A stretch of DNA of 29,443 nucleotides from Pseudovirgaria hyperparasitica. Its lineage: Eukaryota. This document shows, piece by piece, positions 11,711 to 20,710 of this stretch. Position numbers and translations under genes: made by a program. The notes beneath the pieces were generated by a model. The model worked only from the letters and a program-made list of their open reading frames with translations, searched no databases and was not told the DNA's origin. Every line of letters starts with the position of its first letter. The stretch's first letter is position 1. The stretch lies in the NCBI GenBank assembly GCA_010093815.1, contig ML996575.1; one strand, 5' to 3'.

Positions 11711-12901
11711 CTACGTCAGAACGGGCGCCACCCAATCCATCCAATCCGCCACATTCACAACCGCCGAACTCCTCTCCACCCCCGCCGTACTCGCATTCCC
11801 CTCCAGCAAATACTTCGACATAAACGCCATCAACTCGCCCCTCTGCGCCTCCGGAAACTGACAATGCGCATGGCCCCCAACAAGACTAAACCCCATCGCA
11901 TCCGCCGCGCCGACAGCCGCATACACCCTCCGGCCAACAATACCACACCCCGTCGTCGCCACAGGCCCCAACCACTCAATATCATTCTCCATCACATACA
12001 GGCCCCTCGGCGCCACAAGCGCCGCAAGCTCATGGTGATCAACGGGTAGACGCGCGGTGCCCAGCGCCGCAACGCCATCGAACCGCGCACTGAACCAGGC
12101 ATTCTCGCGGACGATCTGCGCCGCAGTCTGGATGTTCTTGCCTCGCGCTGCCTCGCTGTCGGCAATGCGCCAGCAGCTTGCGCCGCCGGCGCCGCTCTCC
12201 TGCGGCAGGGTGAGGGCGATGCGCTCGTCGAATGCGCCGGCGACGAAGGCGCCTTTGGCGTTGCGCGAGCAGCCTGTGACGCCGATGCGGAGGGGGTCGA
12301 TTGCGGAGGTGGGTGCGACGAGGGCGAGAGCGTCGAGGATGCGGCTGACGGCCCAGGACCAGGCGATGAGGGCGCCGGCGGAGTGGGAGGGGCCGTATAG
12401 GGAGTAGAATAGGCCGTGGCCGCGCGAGGAGAGGTCGGATTGGGCGGCGATCGCGTCGTTGTCAAGGATGATTGTGGCGATTGAGGATGGGGGGATGGGG
12501 ATGGAGGGTTGGCCGAGGGTGATGATGGCGGGGAAGGGGCCTGGGCCGGGGGGCTTTTGGATGGTGACGGTGAAGGAGATGGAGGTGCTTGCTTCGCGGG
12601 CGGTGATTGTGAGGATGTTGTTGGAGAGGGAGGCGGATAGGGAGGATGGCTTGGCGGGTTTGTCGCCGAGCTCGGATTTCTGGAAGAGTTGGCTGAGTTC
12701 TTGTTGGCGACAGGCCCAGTCGGCTTTAGTAGTGACGGAGCGGCCGGAGGCGAATATGAAGGGGTTGGGGAGTTTGGATGTGCTTGGGGGCGTGAAGTTG
12801 CTAGGGAGGGTACATGTTGTTTGGCGGGAGGAGAGGCTCGCTGGGTGAGCGAGAGCGCAGACGACATGAAGGAGCAGTAGGGCGGCTGTGTACAGAATCA
12901 T
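11711..12901 (-). CDS. Secreted glucuronoyl esterase (carbohydrate esterase family CE15, Cip2-like), 396 aa, intronless, no CBM1
   Basis: Signal peptide from ATG at 12901 (MILYTAALLLLHVVCALA); LPNPF, W.CRQQE, AGALIAWSWAVSRILDAL, IGVTGCSRNAKGA (nucleophile Ser), PQESGAGG, LPVDHHELAALVAPRGL and GGHAHCQFP motifs. Confidence 0.93.
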   Translation of the reverse strand: MILYTAALLLLHVVCALAHPASLSSRQTTCTLPSNFTPPSTSKLPNPFIFASGRSVTTKADWACRQQELSQLFQKSELGDKPAKPSSLSASLSNNILTITAREASTSISFTVTIQKPPGPGPFPAIITLGQPSIPIPPSSIATIILDNDAIAAQSDLSSRGHGLFYSLYGPSHSAGALIAWSWAVSRILDALALVAPTSAIDPLRIGVTGCSRNAKGAFVAGAFDERIALTLPQESGAGGASCWRIADSEAARGKNIQTAAQIVRENAWFSARFDGVAALGTARLPVDHHELAALVAPRGLYVMENDIEWLGPVATTGCGIVGRRVYAAVGAADAMGFSLVGGHAHCQFPEAQRGELMAFMSKYLLEGNASTAGVERSSAVVNVADWMDWVAPVLT

Positions 12902-13477
12902 TTTGTGATCTAGGATCGGTTTTTGGGCTGATTCGTGTCCTGTAAGCAGACAAGTGTGAGGTTTTATATGCTCATGCCAAGCCAGACGTGCGATGTCCAG
13001 ACTCGAGACTTTGTTCACAATTTCCGTAACCTGGATGACTTACTATAAACATTTGGTTGATACCCGACTAGAAATTGAGTTTATATGTTACCTTGGACAT
13101 ATTAGCCATATATAGGCTCGATCACAGGTCAATTGATGCCTGTCGACGGTAAAGAGTCTTAAGTACTTCATATGGCTCAACGGATGCGTTTGCAGAATGC
13201 CAGAGTGAAAAATACAAAGTGATCCTCTCTGATGTGTACCATTGATTGCTGGGTCGCCAAGTCAGGGAAAGCGGTGTTTACCCTGGCTGGCTAAAGTGGA
13301 AGCATTTAGATTCCCCACGCGCCAAGCCGGGCAATACGACAACAAAGCATGGCATCCATCTCGCGTGCGTGGCTGAATTCCACCTGCAGAAACGAGAGAA
13401 TATGTCCCTTGCAGACTCTAAGTCTTCGAGTGTTGCTCTATCGGTCTCAGTCCATTAGAAAACTTTGGAATACCACA

Positions 13478-14122
13478 TCACGCGAAGTGCCCATTGACAT
13501 GATGCGTCACGGCCGTCTCATCGCCCTCGAAGTCGTTACATATCGGACACGTCGCAAGAGTAAGTGCAGCATCGTTATTCTGGGGGTCAGTAGAGGTTCT
13601 GGTAGCACTTTGTCCACTGAGCGCGGCATGACGTCTCTCAGCGGCATCCAGATAGTCCGCTAGACTACGTCCTTGGTCTCTTCCCTCCATATAGGTGTAC
13701 CCGTCGTCCTCTTCTCGAACGTCTCTATACCGTGATCCAATGCCGTAGCCGCGACCACCTCCCCTACATCCACCTCTTCCTCTCGCTATAGTTGTCGCAT
13801 TCGACGTCTCTGTGCCTTCTTGCGCAGGCAAGATTTCCATCTCAGATGCCATCCTCTGCACTCGACCTACTCTGCCATCGACCAATCGTACTTTGATCCC
13901 GCGCGGGTGGTCACCTCGGGTCAGTAAGTCTTGCACGATGCCCTGCACCTCACGACCGGTGGGTTGATCGGCTTTCAATACGATGGACACAGCTGCGCCG
14001 GAGACTACTTGCGATGTTCTGGGAACGTTTGTTGGGTTTGTACTGGTGCGAGCCCGTCGATCTTGCTGGTTGTTGCGGTGGAGTGTACGATTACCTCGAG
14101 TGGCGCGATGGTTTTGAGACAT
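13478..14122 (-). CDS. YwbE/DUF2196-family protein with an RGG-rich linker and a C-terminal C2H2/UBZ-like zinc finger
   Basis: GAAVSIVLKADQPTGREVQGIVQDLLTRGDHPRGIKVRLVDGRVGRVQ matches the YwbE pattern; RGRGGCRGGGRG linker; ends in CPIC..EGDETAVTHHVNGHF. Confidence 0.8.
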   Translation of the reverse strand: MSQNHRATRGNRTLHRNNQQDRRARTSTNPTNVPRTSQVVSGAAVSIVLKADQPTGREVQGIVQDLLTRGDHPRGIKVRLVDGRVGRVQRMASEMEILPAQEGTETSNATTIARGRGGCRGGGRGYGIGSRYRDVREEDDGYTYMEGRDQGRSLADYLDAAERRHAALSGQSATRTSTDPQNNDAALTLATCPICNDFEGDETAVTHHVNGHFA

Positions 14123-14440
14123 TTTGTGGTCTATGACCGCGGATTGTCTGACGAAGGGTGTGGAGAGTAGTCACTTTGTCTGAAGCGGCAATAACCTGGA
14201 AGATGGAGGTGCACAGAGCTAGTCTGAAGATGGCATAGCGTAAAATGCTACTATGTATTAGAGTCAACGTTAATGCGCCGTAATAATTAGCGGATTAGGC
14301 GCCGACTAAGCATTCGGTTGATTTCTAAGCGCCTACACTGATGATCAAGAATGTCCTGTCACCGTTTGAGTAGACCTCGTTGAAGAAGACTCCTTCAGAA
14401 CGTTTGCACTGATCGCGTAATAAATACCATAATAGTCAAA

Positions 14441-15727
14441 ATGGCATCCTTCGACAGAATACCCGCCCAAGCAAAAGTTCAACCTACACAATTCACTGTC
14501 GCGATCCCAGATGAGAAGCTAGATGAAATGAGACAGCTATTGAAACTTGCAAAGGTTGCTCCAGAGACCTTTGAGGCCTCGCAAGGGCCAGAGACGTACG
14601 GCGTCACACGCGAATGGCTACTGAATGCAAAGTCAGAGCTTGAGAAATATGACTGGTACCATCGACCTGTCTACTAACTGAGATCGAGTACTGATACATG
14701 AAAGGAAACAAACAGAACAGCACATCAACTCATTTCCCAACTTCAAGCATTCGATCAAGCATGGCTCTGACACTCTTGACATCCACTTTGCGGCTCTATT
14801 CTCTCAGAAGGCAGATGCCATCCCAGTCACATTCCTCCATGGATGGCCTGGAAGCTTTATGGAGTTCCTCCCAATCCTGGACAAACTGAGGACCAAATAC
14901 ACAGCAGACACTCTACCCTATCATGTCATAGTGCCTTCACATCCAGGGTATGCATTCTCCTCGACTGTGCCTCTCGAACGCGAGTACGGAATCACTCACA
15001 CTGCGGACATCTTCCACCAGCTCATGCTTGATCTAGGTTTCGCCAATGGTTATGTCGTGCAGGGCGGTGACATTGGCAGCAGAGTAGCCAGAATCATGGG
15101 AAAACGCTACCCAGATATCGTCAAAGGGGTGCATCTCAACTTCTGTTTCATGCTGGAACCCGAGCAGTGTAAAGGAATGGAGCTTAATCAGCGTGAGCAG
15201 GATGGTCTTGTGCGCTGGAATGCCTTCCGTGAGAGAGGAAGTGCATATGCCTTTGAACACTCCTCTCGGCCATCAACTATCGGATTCGTTCTCCAAGCCA
15301 GCCCGCTCTCGCTTCTAGCTTGGGTCGGTGAAAAGTTTTTGACCTGGGTCGACAAGCCACTCCCGTTGAGCACTATCCTTGACGATATCGCTCTGTATTG
15401 GCTGACTGAAACCATTGCCAAGTCATTATACGCGTATCGTACCGATTATGCATTCAAGCAGATTGGTGGGCATGGCAATCCCGACTATAAGCTTCCAAAC
15501 TTTGGGTATTCATCTTTTCCAAAGGAGTTGGCAAACATACCCAAAGCGTGGGTAGAGACATCGGGGAACTTGACCTTCTACAAGGAGCATGACCAGGTAC
15601 GTGGCGCTTCCAGCAGGTCACAGTCATGTACTGACAACAGCAGGGCGGACATTTCGCTGCTTTGGAGCAACCCGAACTTCTCCTGCAAGACTTTACAGAA
15701 TACGTGCATCAAGTGTGGGAGCTTTAA
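14441..15727 (+). CDS. Epoxide hydrolase (microsomal/EHN-type alpha/beta hydrolase). Exons 14441-14655, 14705-15596 and 15644-15727
   Basis: HGWPGSFME oxyanion motif, VPSHPGYAFS, QGGDIGS nucleophile, SRPSTIG, SPLSLLAWVGEKF, FPKEL and GGHFAALEQP catalytic His after removing two GT..AG introns. The second acceptor could be 15640 or 15643. Confidence 0.93.
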
Positions 15728-15882
15728 AAAGACGCATGTCAAGCCTTCGTCGGGTATTCATACGCATACGGCGGCTAGCTACTCAAGATAATAGTACAGA
15801 ACTCCATCAACGGCCACAAAGAGATTCCAGACTCCAATGCATGATGACTCGTGTGAGACAGATATAGCTGCGTGTGCAACAC

Positions 15883-16395
15883 TTACAGCACAGCAGCTAC
15901 ACCCAACAAAACAACCGCCCCCAATCCCGCCATCTGCACCCTCAACACATCCGCCGCACCAGTCTGTGTCGGACTACTGCCACTCTCACCCGCACTTGTC
16001 GCAGTGGGACTACCTCCTGTCGGCGTAGTCGCTCCGCCATCCGGGCTAAAGCTCGCCTCCCCAAACGAGCAATTCCTCCTCATCACATTCACTGGGTTGT
16101 CTTCGCCATGGTCATTTCTATCCGAGTCGTCTCCGTACCCATGGTCATGGTAGTAGTCGATGCATGCACCACAAGCGGGGAGTTCGTTGTTGGCATTGGT
16201 GTATGTACAGACGCAGTCGCGCCAGTCTTGGCTGTTGCCGTCAGAGTGTTGTGCATCGCAGGATCTTATCAGGCCGAGCGTGCCGCCGCAGGCGCCGAGA
16301 CATGGGTCCGGGAGGTCTGACTGAGCGATGTGTTGCGCGGTGGCCGAGGCGCCGAAGAGGGCCATCGTGAAGAATGTGAGGTGCTGGTAACGCAT
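15883..16395 (-). CDS. Small secreted Cys-rich, probably GPI-anchored cell-surface protein (CAP22-like), 170 aa
   Basis: Signal peptide from 16395 (MRYQHLTFFTMALFGASATA), an 8-Cys domain (C..C..CD..DCVC..PACGACI..C), a Ser/Thr/Gly-rich stalk and a hydrophobic C-terminus (MAGLGAVVLLGVAAVL). The CAP22 resemblance is from memory. Confidence 0.75.
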   Translation of the reverse strand: MRYQHLTFFTMALFGASATAQHIAQSDLPDPCLGACGGTLGLIRSCDAQHSDGNSQDWRDCVCTYTNANNELPACGACIDYYHDHGYGDDSDRNDHGEDNPVNVMRRNCSFGEASFSPDGGATTPTGGSPTATSAGESGSSPTQTGAADVLRVQMAGLGAVVLLGVAAVL

Positions 16396-17322
16396 AGTCG
16401 GTTTTTGGGGAGAGTGGAGGATGGATGGTAGGTCTGGATTCTGGTGCAATAACGTCTAGTGTATGGTATGACCATTGAGCACTGGATAGTTGAAAAGTGG
16501 TCTCGATATTTATACACTTCTTTGGTGGTACACGAGATTCAAAATGACGTCTTCACGCGCAAAACTAGCCTTGAGATGGATATCAACCGTGTCTTGAATC
16601 CCGAAAGATTCCCCGGTGAGTATTTCGAAGTAGCAGCATGTGCGTACCAGAATTACCATACAGTCAGACAAGACTAGGCAGAACACCATACACAATACAT
16701 ACGGATCTAAATAATGTGGGGCTTACCGTAAAAGAGCGGAGGCTTCGACATTCCCGATTGGGAATAGACCGATATGGCGGCTGAGACGTCAACATTGAAC
16801 TTTCTCCGCGCGATATCATCTTTGCCAAAAGCCGAAAAGTTGAAGCTGATCATCGGAGCTGTTCCACATGGTAGGAGCTGATCAATTGTGAGGTGAGAAG
16901 AGCCTTGCTACAAGATGTCACAAGATATTACAAGAGTGAGCTGCGCCACAAGTGGTTTTGATGAGACGGAGTGGTTGCGCGAGGCTGCACCATTGCCTGC
17001 TGCCTGCTGCCTGCCTGCTGCCAGCTGTCTGTTGCCAGCTGTCCTCTTTTGCCTCTGAAAGCAACACTACAGAGAATCTTACTCACCAGTCCACACCACT
17101 TTCTACTCGCCTGCCGGACCGTCTTTTCGTCTTAAATTTGTCTCTAGACACCAAACGTCAAGACCACACGCATGCAAGCGGACCCACTGAAGTAGCCTTG
17201 TCGCTCACTGATAGCTCGATACGCCCAAGTGAGATCATCGGTTCTTCTCAGAAAGAGCGTGGCAGAAAGAAAGTTATTCACAATAGCTGGATAGGGGAGG
17301 ACTATCCGAAGTCGAGATACAA

Positions 17323-19353
17323 ATGCGTCTCATCAACACTAAGACGCTGAAGCTAGAAGAATTCTTCGATCATGCTATACCAAAATACGCCATCCTGTCT
17401 CACACTTGGGACAAGGACGAGGTCCTTCTCACAGACGTAACGGGGTCGCTTTGGGACGCGAAAGACAAAGCAGGCTTCACGAAGATCGAGAATTGCTGTA
17501 GGCAGGCTGTCAGAGATGGATGGGAATACGCATGGGTCGACACTTGCTGTATCGATAAGCGGAGCAGTGCTGAGCTGAGTGAGAGCATAAACTCAATGTT
17601 CCGATATTACAAGGAGGCACAGGTGTGCTACGCCTATCTTTCCGATGTTCCACCAGAAGATTTCACGAATTGCGACACTACCGCTGTGGATGACTCGGTG
17701 GAACGATCGGGTAAAGTCGGAGACACCTCTGTGAAGGTGGAAAACATATATGTGGCTGACATGACGGACTGCGGTACGATTAAGACCAATATTTCTGGCA
17801 CAGCCAGAACGACCGAATCCTCCGCGTTTTCTCGAAGTCGCTGGTTTACGAGAGGATGGACGTTACAGGAGCTTCTTGCTCCCGACCGAGTTGTCTTTTA
17901 CAATAGCAACTGGGAAAGTTTCGGAACGAAATCAACTCTTCGGGACGAGATCTCGTCCATCACCAGTATTGATGATCAGACTCTTAATGGTCGCTCGTTC
18001 GATCAATGCAGCGTCGCTCGCCGAATGTCTTGGGCAGCAAGACGGAAGACTACCAGAGTTGAGGATACTGCATATTGTCTCATGGGAATCTTTGATGTCA
18101 ATATGCCTCTACTGTATGGCGAGGGGAATAAAGCGTTTGAACGACTACAACGTGAGATCATGATGAAGTCTACAGATCGATCCCTTCTCGCGTGGCGTCT
18201 TGAAGCAGATGATGTAAACGCTTATCATGCGGTGCTAGCAAGGTCTCCTGCGGCATTCGCGACCTGTCACTCATTACGACCATGTCGTCCTCTGAAATAC
18301 GATGATGCCATCATGGAAATGACAAATCTCGGTTTGCGTATCAGCCTACCTCTATGGCCCTGGTCCGACGGTGATGACCGCATATTCTTCGCACTTTTGG
18401 ATTGCGCTAGCCTATACGAAGATATCACGACAGGTATCGTTCAAAGACAAGCAACAGGAATATTCCTGACCCTAAAAAGAGGCGTATTTCACCGGGTCTG
18501 GGCCCACTTGAGTCATGTTTTATATCGAAACCGAGCTAACGACTTTCTGAGAAGCGACACGTCTTTCGCAATGCTTCGAGGATGCCAGCGTATAACAATC
18601 TTAAACACTATCCAACCTGTGAAGCTCGCTTCTAACACGCCTGTCGGAATTCAGGATTTATATTTATATGTCAATAAGACACAACTCAAGGCTGCTCTTC
18701 AGTCTTACGGATGGGATGCTGAGGTCTCCGTAATGACTAACAAGCTTTTTCCTTTTGAACCGGATGGTAGTCGTTTTGAGTCATGTCATTTTGACCTTTT
18801 GCATTTCCGTCGTTTTGGTCCGCAAGACAGGTGGAGCGGACCAAAACTTGCGATTCAGATTTCGTCGGAGCAACAGCTTCGGGTGACTATAATCATCCGC
18901 TGCGACAAGGATGACGGTATGTGGTGTAATACCTATATTCCGTCACTCTCTCGCTGGAGGACGAGATTGGTCCCTGCAGCCACCATGCTTGGCAACAACA
19001 GGTTTTGGGTTGATCCCTGGGTATGGGCTGCGGACGAAGGCCTGAAGTCGAAGATCAGATCGCCTTGGCCTGGTCTTAACAAGGCTATAACCAGCATTCA
19101 GTCTATTATGCGACTCACGAAAAGTTCAAGGCGCCTGACGTCTTCCGAAGCGCTGGTCCGTCCTGCGATCGTTAGATTGAGTGGTAACCGGGTCGCATGT
19201 ACGGAATTGGTGATTACGTTCGAGGAGACGGCGTTTGATGACAAGAACGCATACGTGCTGCGATTCGACATTATGAAAAGAATGTTTCACACAAGAGACG
19301 CAATGACAACAGTAGGGCTCCGCGCCGATGTGACACGTAAGGTAATATGGTAA
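17323..19353 (+). CDS. HET-domain (heterokaryon incompatibility, HET-E N-terminal type) protein with an unrecognised C-terminal half
   Basis: MRLINTKTL, YAILSHTW, WVDTCCIDKRSSAELSESINSMFRYY, CYAYLSDV, SRWFTRGWTLQELLAP and RMSWAARRKTTRVEDTAYCLMGIFDVNMPLLYGEG motifs. No P-loop/NACHT or WD/ANK/TPR repeats are visible. Confidence 0.93.
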   Translation: MRLINTKTLKLEEFFDHAIPKYAILSHTWDKDEVLLTDVTGSLWDAKDKAGFTKIENCCRQAVRDGWEYAWVDTCCIDKRSSAELSESINSMFRYYKEAQVCYAYLSDVPPEDFTNCDTTAVDDSVERSGKVGDTSVKVENIYVADMTDCGTIKTNISGTARTTESSAFSRSRWFTRGWTLQELLAPDRVVFYNSNWESFGTKSTLRDEISSITSIDDQTLNGRSFDQCSVARRMSWAARRKTTRVEDTAYCLMGIFDVNMPLLYGEGNKAFERLQREIMMKSTDRSLLAWRLEADDVNAYHAVLARSPAAFATCHSLRPCRPLKYDDAIMEMTNLGLRISLPLWPWSDGDDRIFFALLDCASLYEDITTGIVQRQATGIFLTLKRGVFHRVWAHLSHVLYRNRANDFLRSDTSFAMLRGCQRITILNTIQPVKLASNTPVGIQDLYLYVNKTQLKAALQSYGWDAEVSVMTNKLFPFEPDGSRFESCHFDLLHFRRFGPQDRWSGPKLAIQISSEQQLRVTIIIRCDKDDGMWCNTYIPSLSRWRTRLVPAATMLGNNRFWVDPWVWAADEGLKSKIRSPWPGLNKAITSIQSIMRLTKSSRRLTSSEALVRPAIVRLSGNRVACTELVITFEETAFDDKNAYVLRFDIMKRMFHTRDAMTTVGLRADVTRKVIW

Positions 19354-19674
19354 AAAGTCGTCAGACGCAGTTGATACTATGTTATCTTTGATCCACGTAG
19401 TAAAGGCTTGAGCAATTAAAGTTAAGCAGAAGATTGGGGACTTGCTATTATGCAGGCCAATTCACTATCGACCCTCGTACACCATACCGTCAGACATATC
19501 AGCGGCAAATACATTCATTGATCGTCGAAAGAGTGAAGGAAAAGGACGATCGAACACACAATGTATTTCTGGAGGTGCATTCAGCATGACTCCTCTAGCT
19601 ACGGATGTCGTCAACGTTCGTGTCTATAATTCTATAATTATGACCGAAAGCCCACAATGCGTCTAATTCGTCTA

Positions 19675-20710
19675 TCAATCGACCTTGACGACAATGGCCG
19701 TCAGACTCGTTGCACCACCGTAATACCTCGTCGCCACGACTGGCGTGACCAGGCTCAGAACCTCCGTATCATCCACCTCGTATCGCGGATACAAGACTGT
19801 CCTCAAAGAATCCGTACTCCGCAACAGAATCAATGCTCCCGGCCTCATGCACTTTGCCACGCCCACCAAAAGGTCCTTCTTCGCATCCGCATCGGCGCCA
19901 ACCATGGCAGCGAAATGTACAACATCAAACTCGCGCAAATCCGTCAGACTGTCGGCATCGATCTGCTCAAAGGACACGTTCTTGAAGCCGCATGAGGTCA
20001 CCAAGGAGCTGGAGAGCGCAATGGCGTCCGGGTTGCGGTCGATATTGTGGTAGCTCACATCGTCAGAATACCTCTCTGCATAGCACAAGGACGTGAAGGG
20101 TGTGGGACCAGAGCCGATGAAGGCAATGCGGCGGATCGGGGGTAGAGAGAGCTCGCCCAGGGCAGTATCGAGAGTGTTGACTTCCATACGGGCAAGTTGC
20201 CTGTACTGATCGAGATAGGGGAAGGAATTGAATGTCTTGAGGGCGGTGGTTTTGGCAGGGGCATTGATGACTTTGCGGGCGAAGTCGGCTTCGAGGAGGT
20301 ATTCGGCGTCGCCCCAGAGGGTCCAGAGGCGCGGGATGAGGGGGACGATGCGAGGGTCGGAGAGGATCTGTGGAAGATGAGTGAGCAACGCTGGAGCAGA
20401 ACAGGCCGGATTGACAGCCACATACCTTGCTGTCTTGCTCGACGGTGGTCTTTGTGGTGGTGACGAGGTCGAAGAGCTGGTTGAAGAGCTTGCTGTTCTG
20501 CGGATTGGGCTCCAGACTTTCGAGACGCTCGAGACGGGCAAACAGGGCAAGAATGCCGAGGGCGAGACGTTCGGTGTCGTCTGGGTGGTAGGGCAGGTCG
20601 AAGGCATACCTACCGACGGTGTGCTTCAGGCCGTTTGCGCCGGCAGCCACAAGAGGATTCGCACCATTCACACCGTTCGCAGCGGCAGCGTGCAGTGGCG
20701 TGCCGGGCAT
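19675..20710 (-). CDS. Nicotianamine synthase (NAS)-family SAM-dependent aminocarboxypropyltransferase, 325 aa. Exons 20710-20426 and 20367-19675
   Basis: A GTATGT..CAG intron (20425-20368) joins LESLEPNPQNSKLFNQLFDLV to AEYLLE, FPYLDQYRQLARME, IAFIGSGPTPFTS, FDVVHFAAMVG, KKDLL and MRPGALILLRSTDSLRTVLYP, all collinear with plant/fungal NAS motifs. Confidence 0.9.

Noticed and set aside
11992..12867. 291-aa Pro/Ser-rich ORF and other ORFs overlapping the CE15 gene
   Set aside because: Alternative-frame or antisense shadows of a GC-rich, codon-biased gene; no independent motifs.
14441..15727. Epoxide hydrolase as a member of the NAS/ATP-grasp pathway
   Set aside because: Separated from the pair by two unrelated genes, and no epoxide-forming oxidase is present; no support without synteny data.
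16994..17044. Degenerate TGCCTGC repeats and the 132-aa ORF at 16952-17350 upstream of the HET gene
   Set aside because: A short slippage-type low-complexity tract; the ORF starts at GTG and is out of frame with the HET gene.
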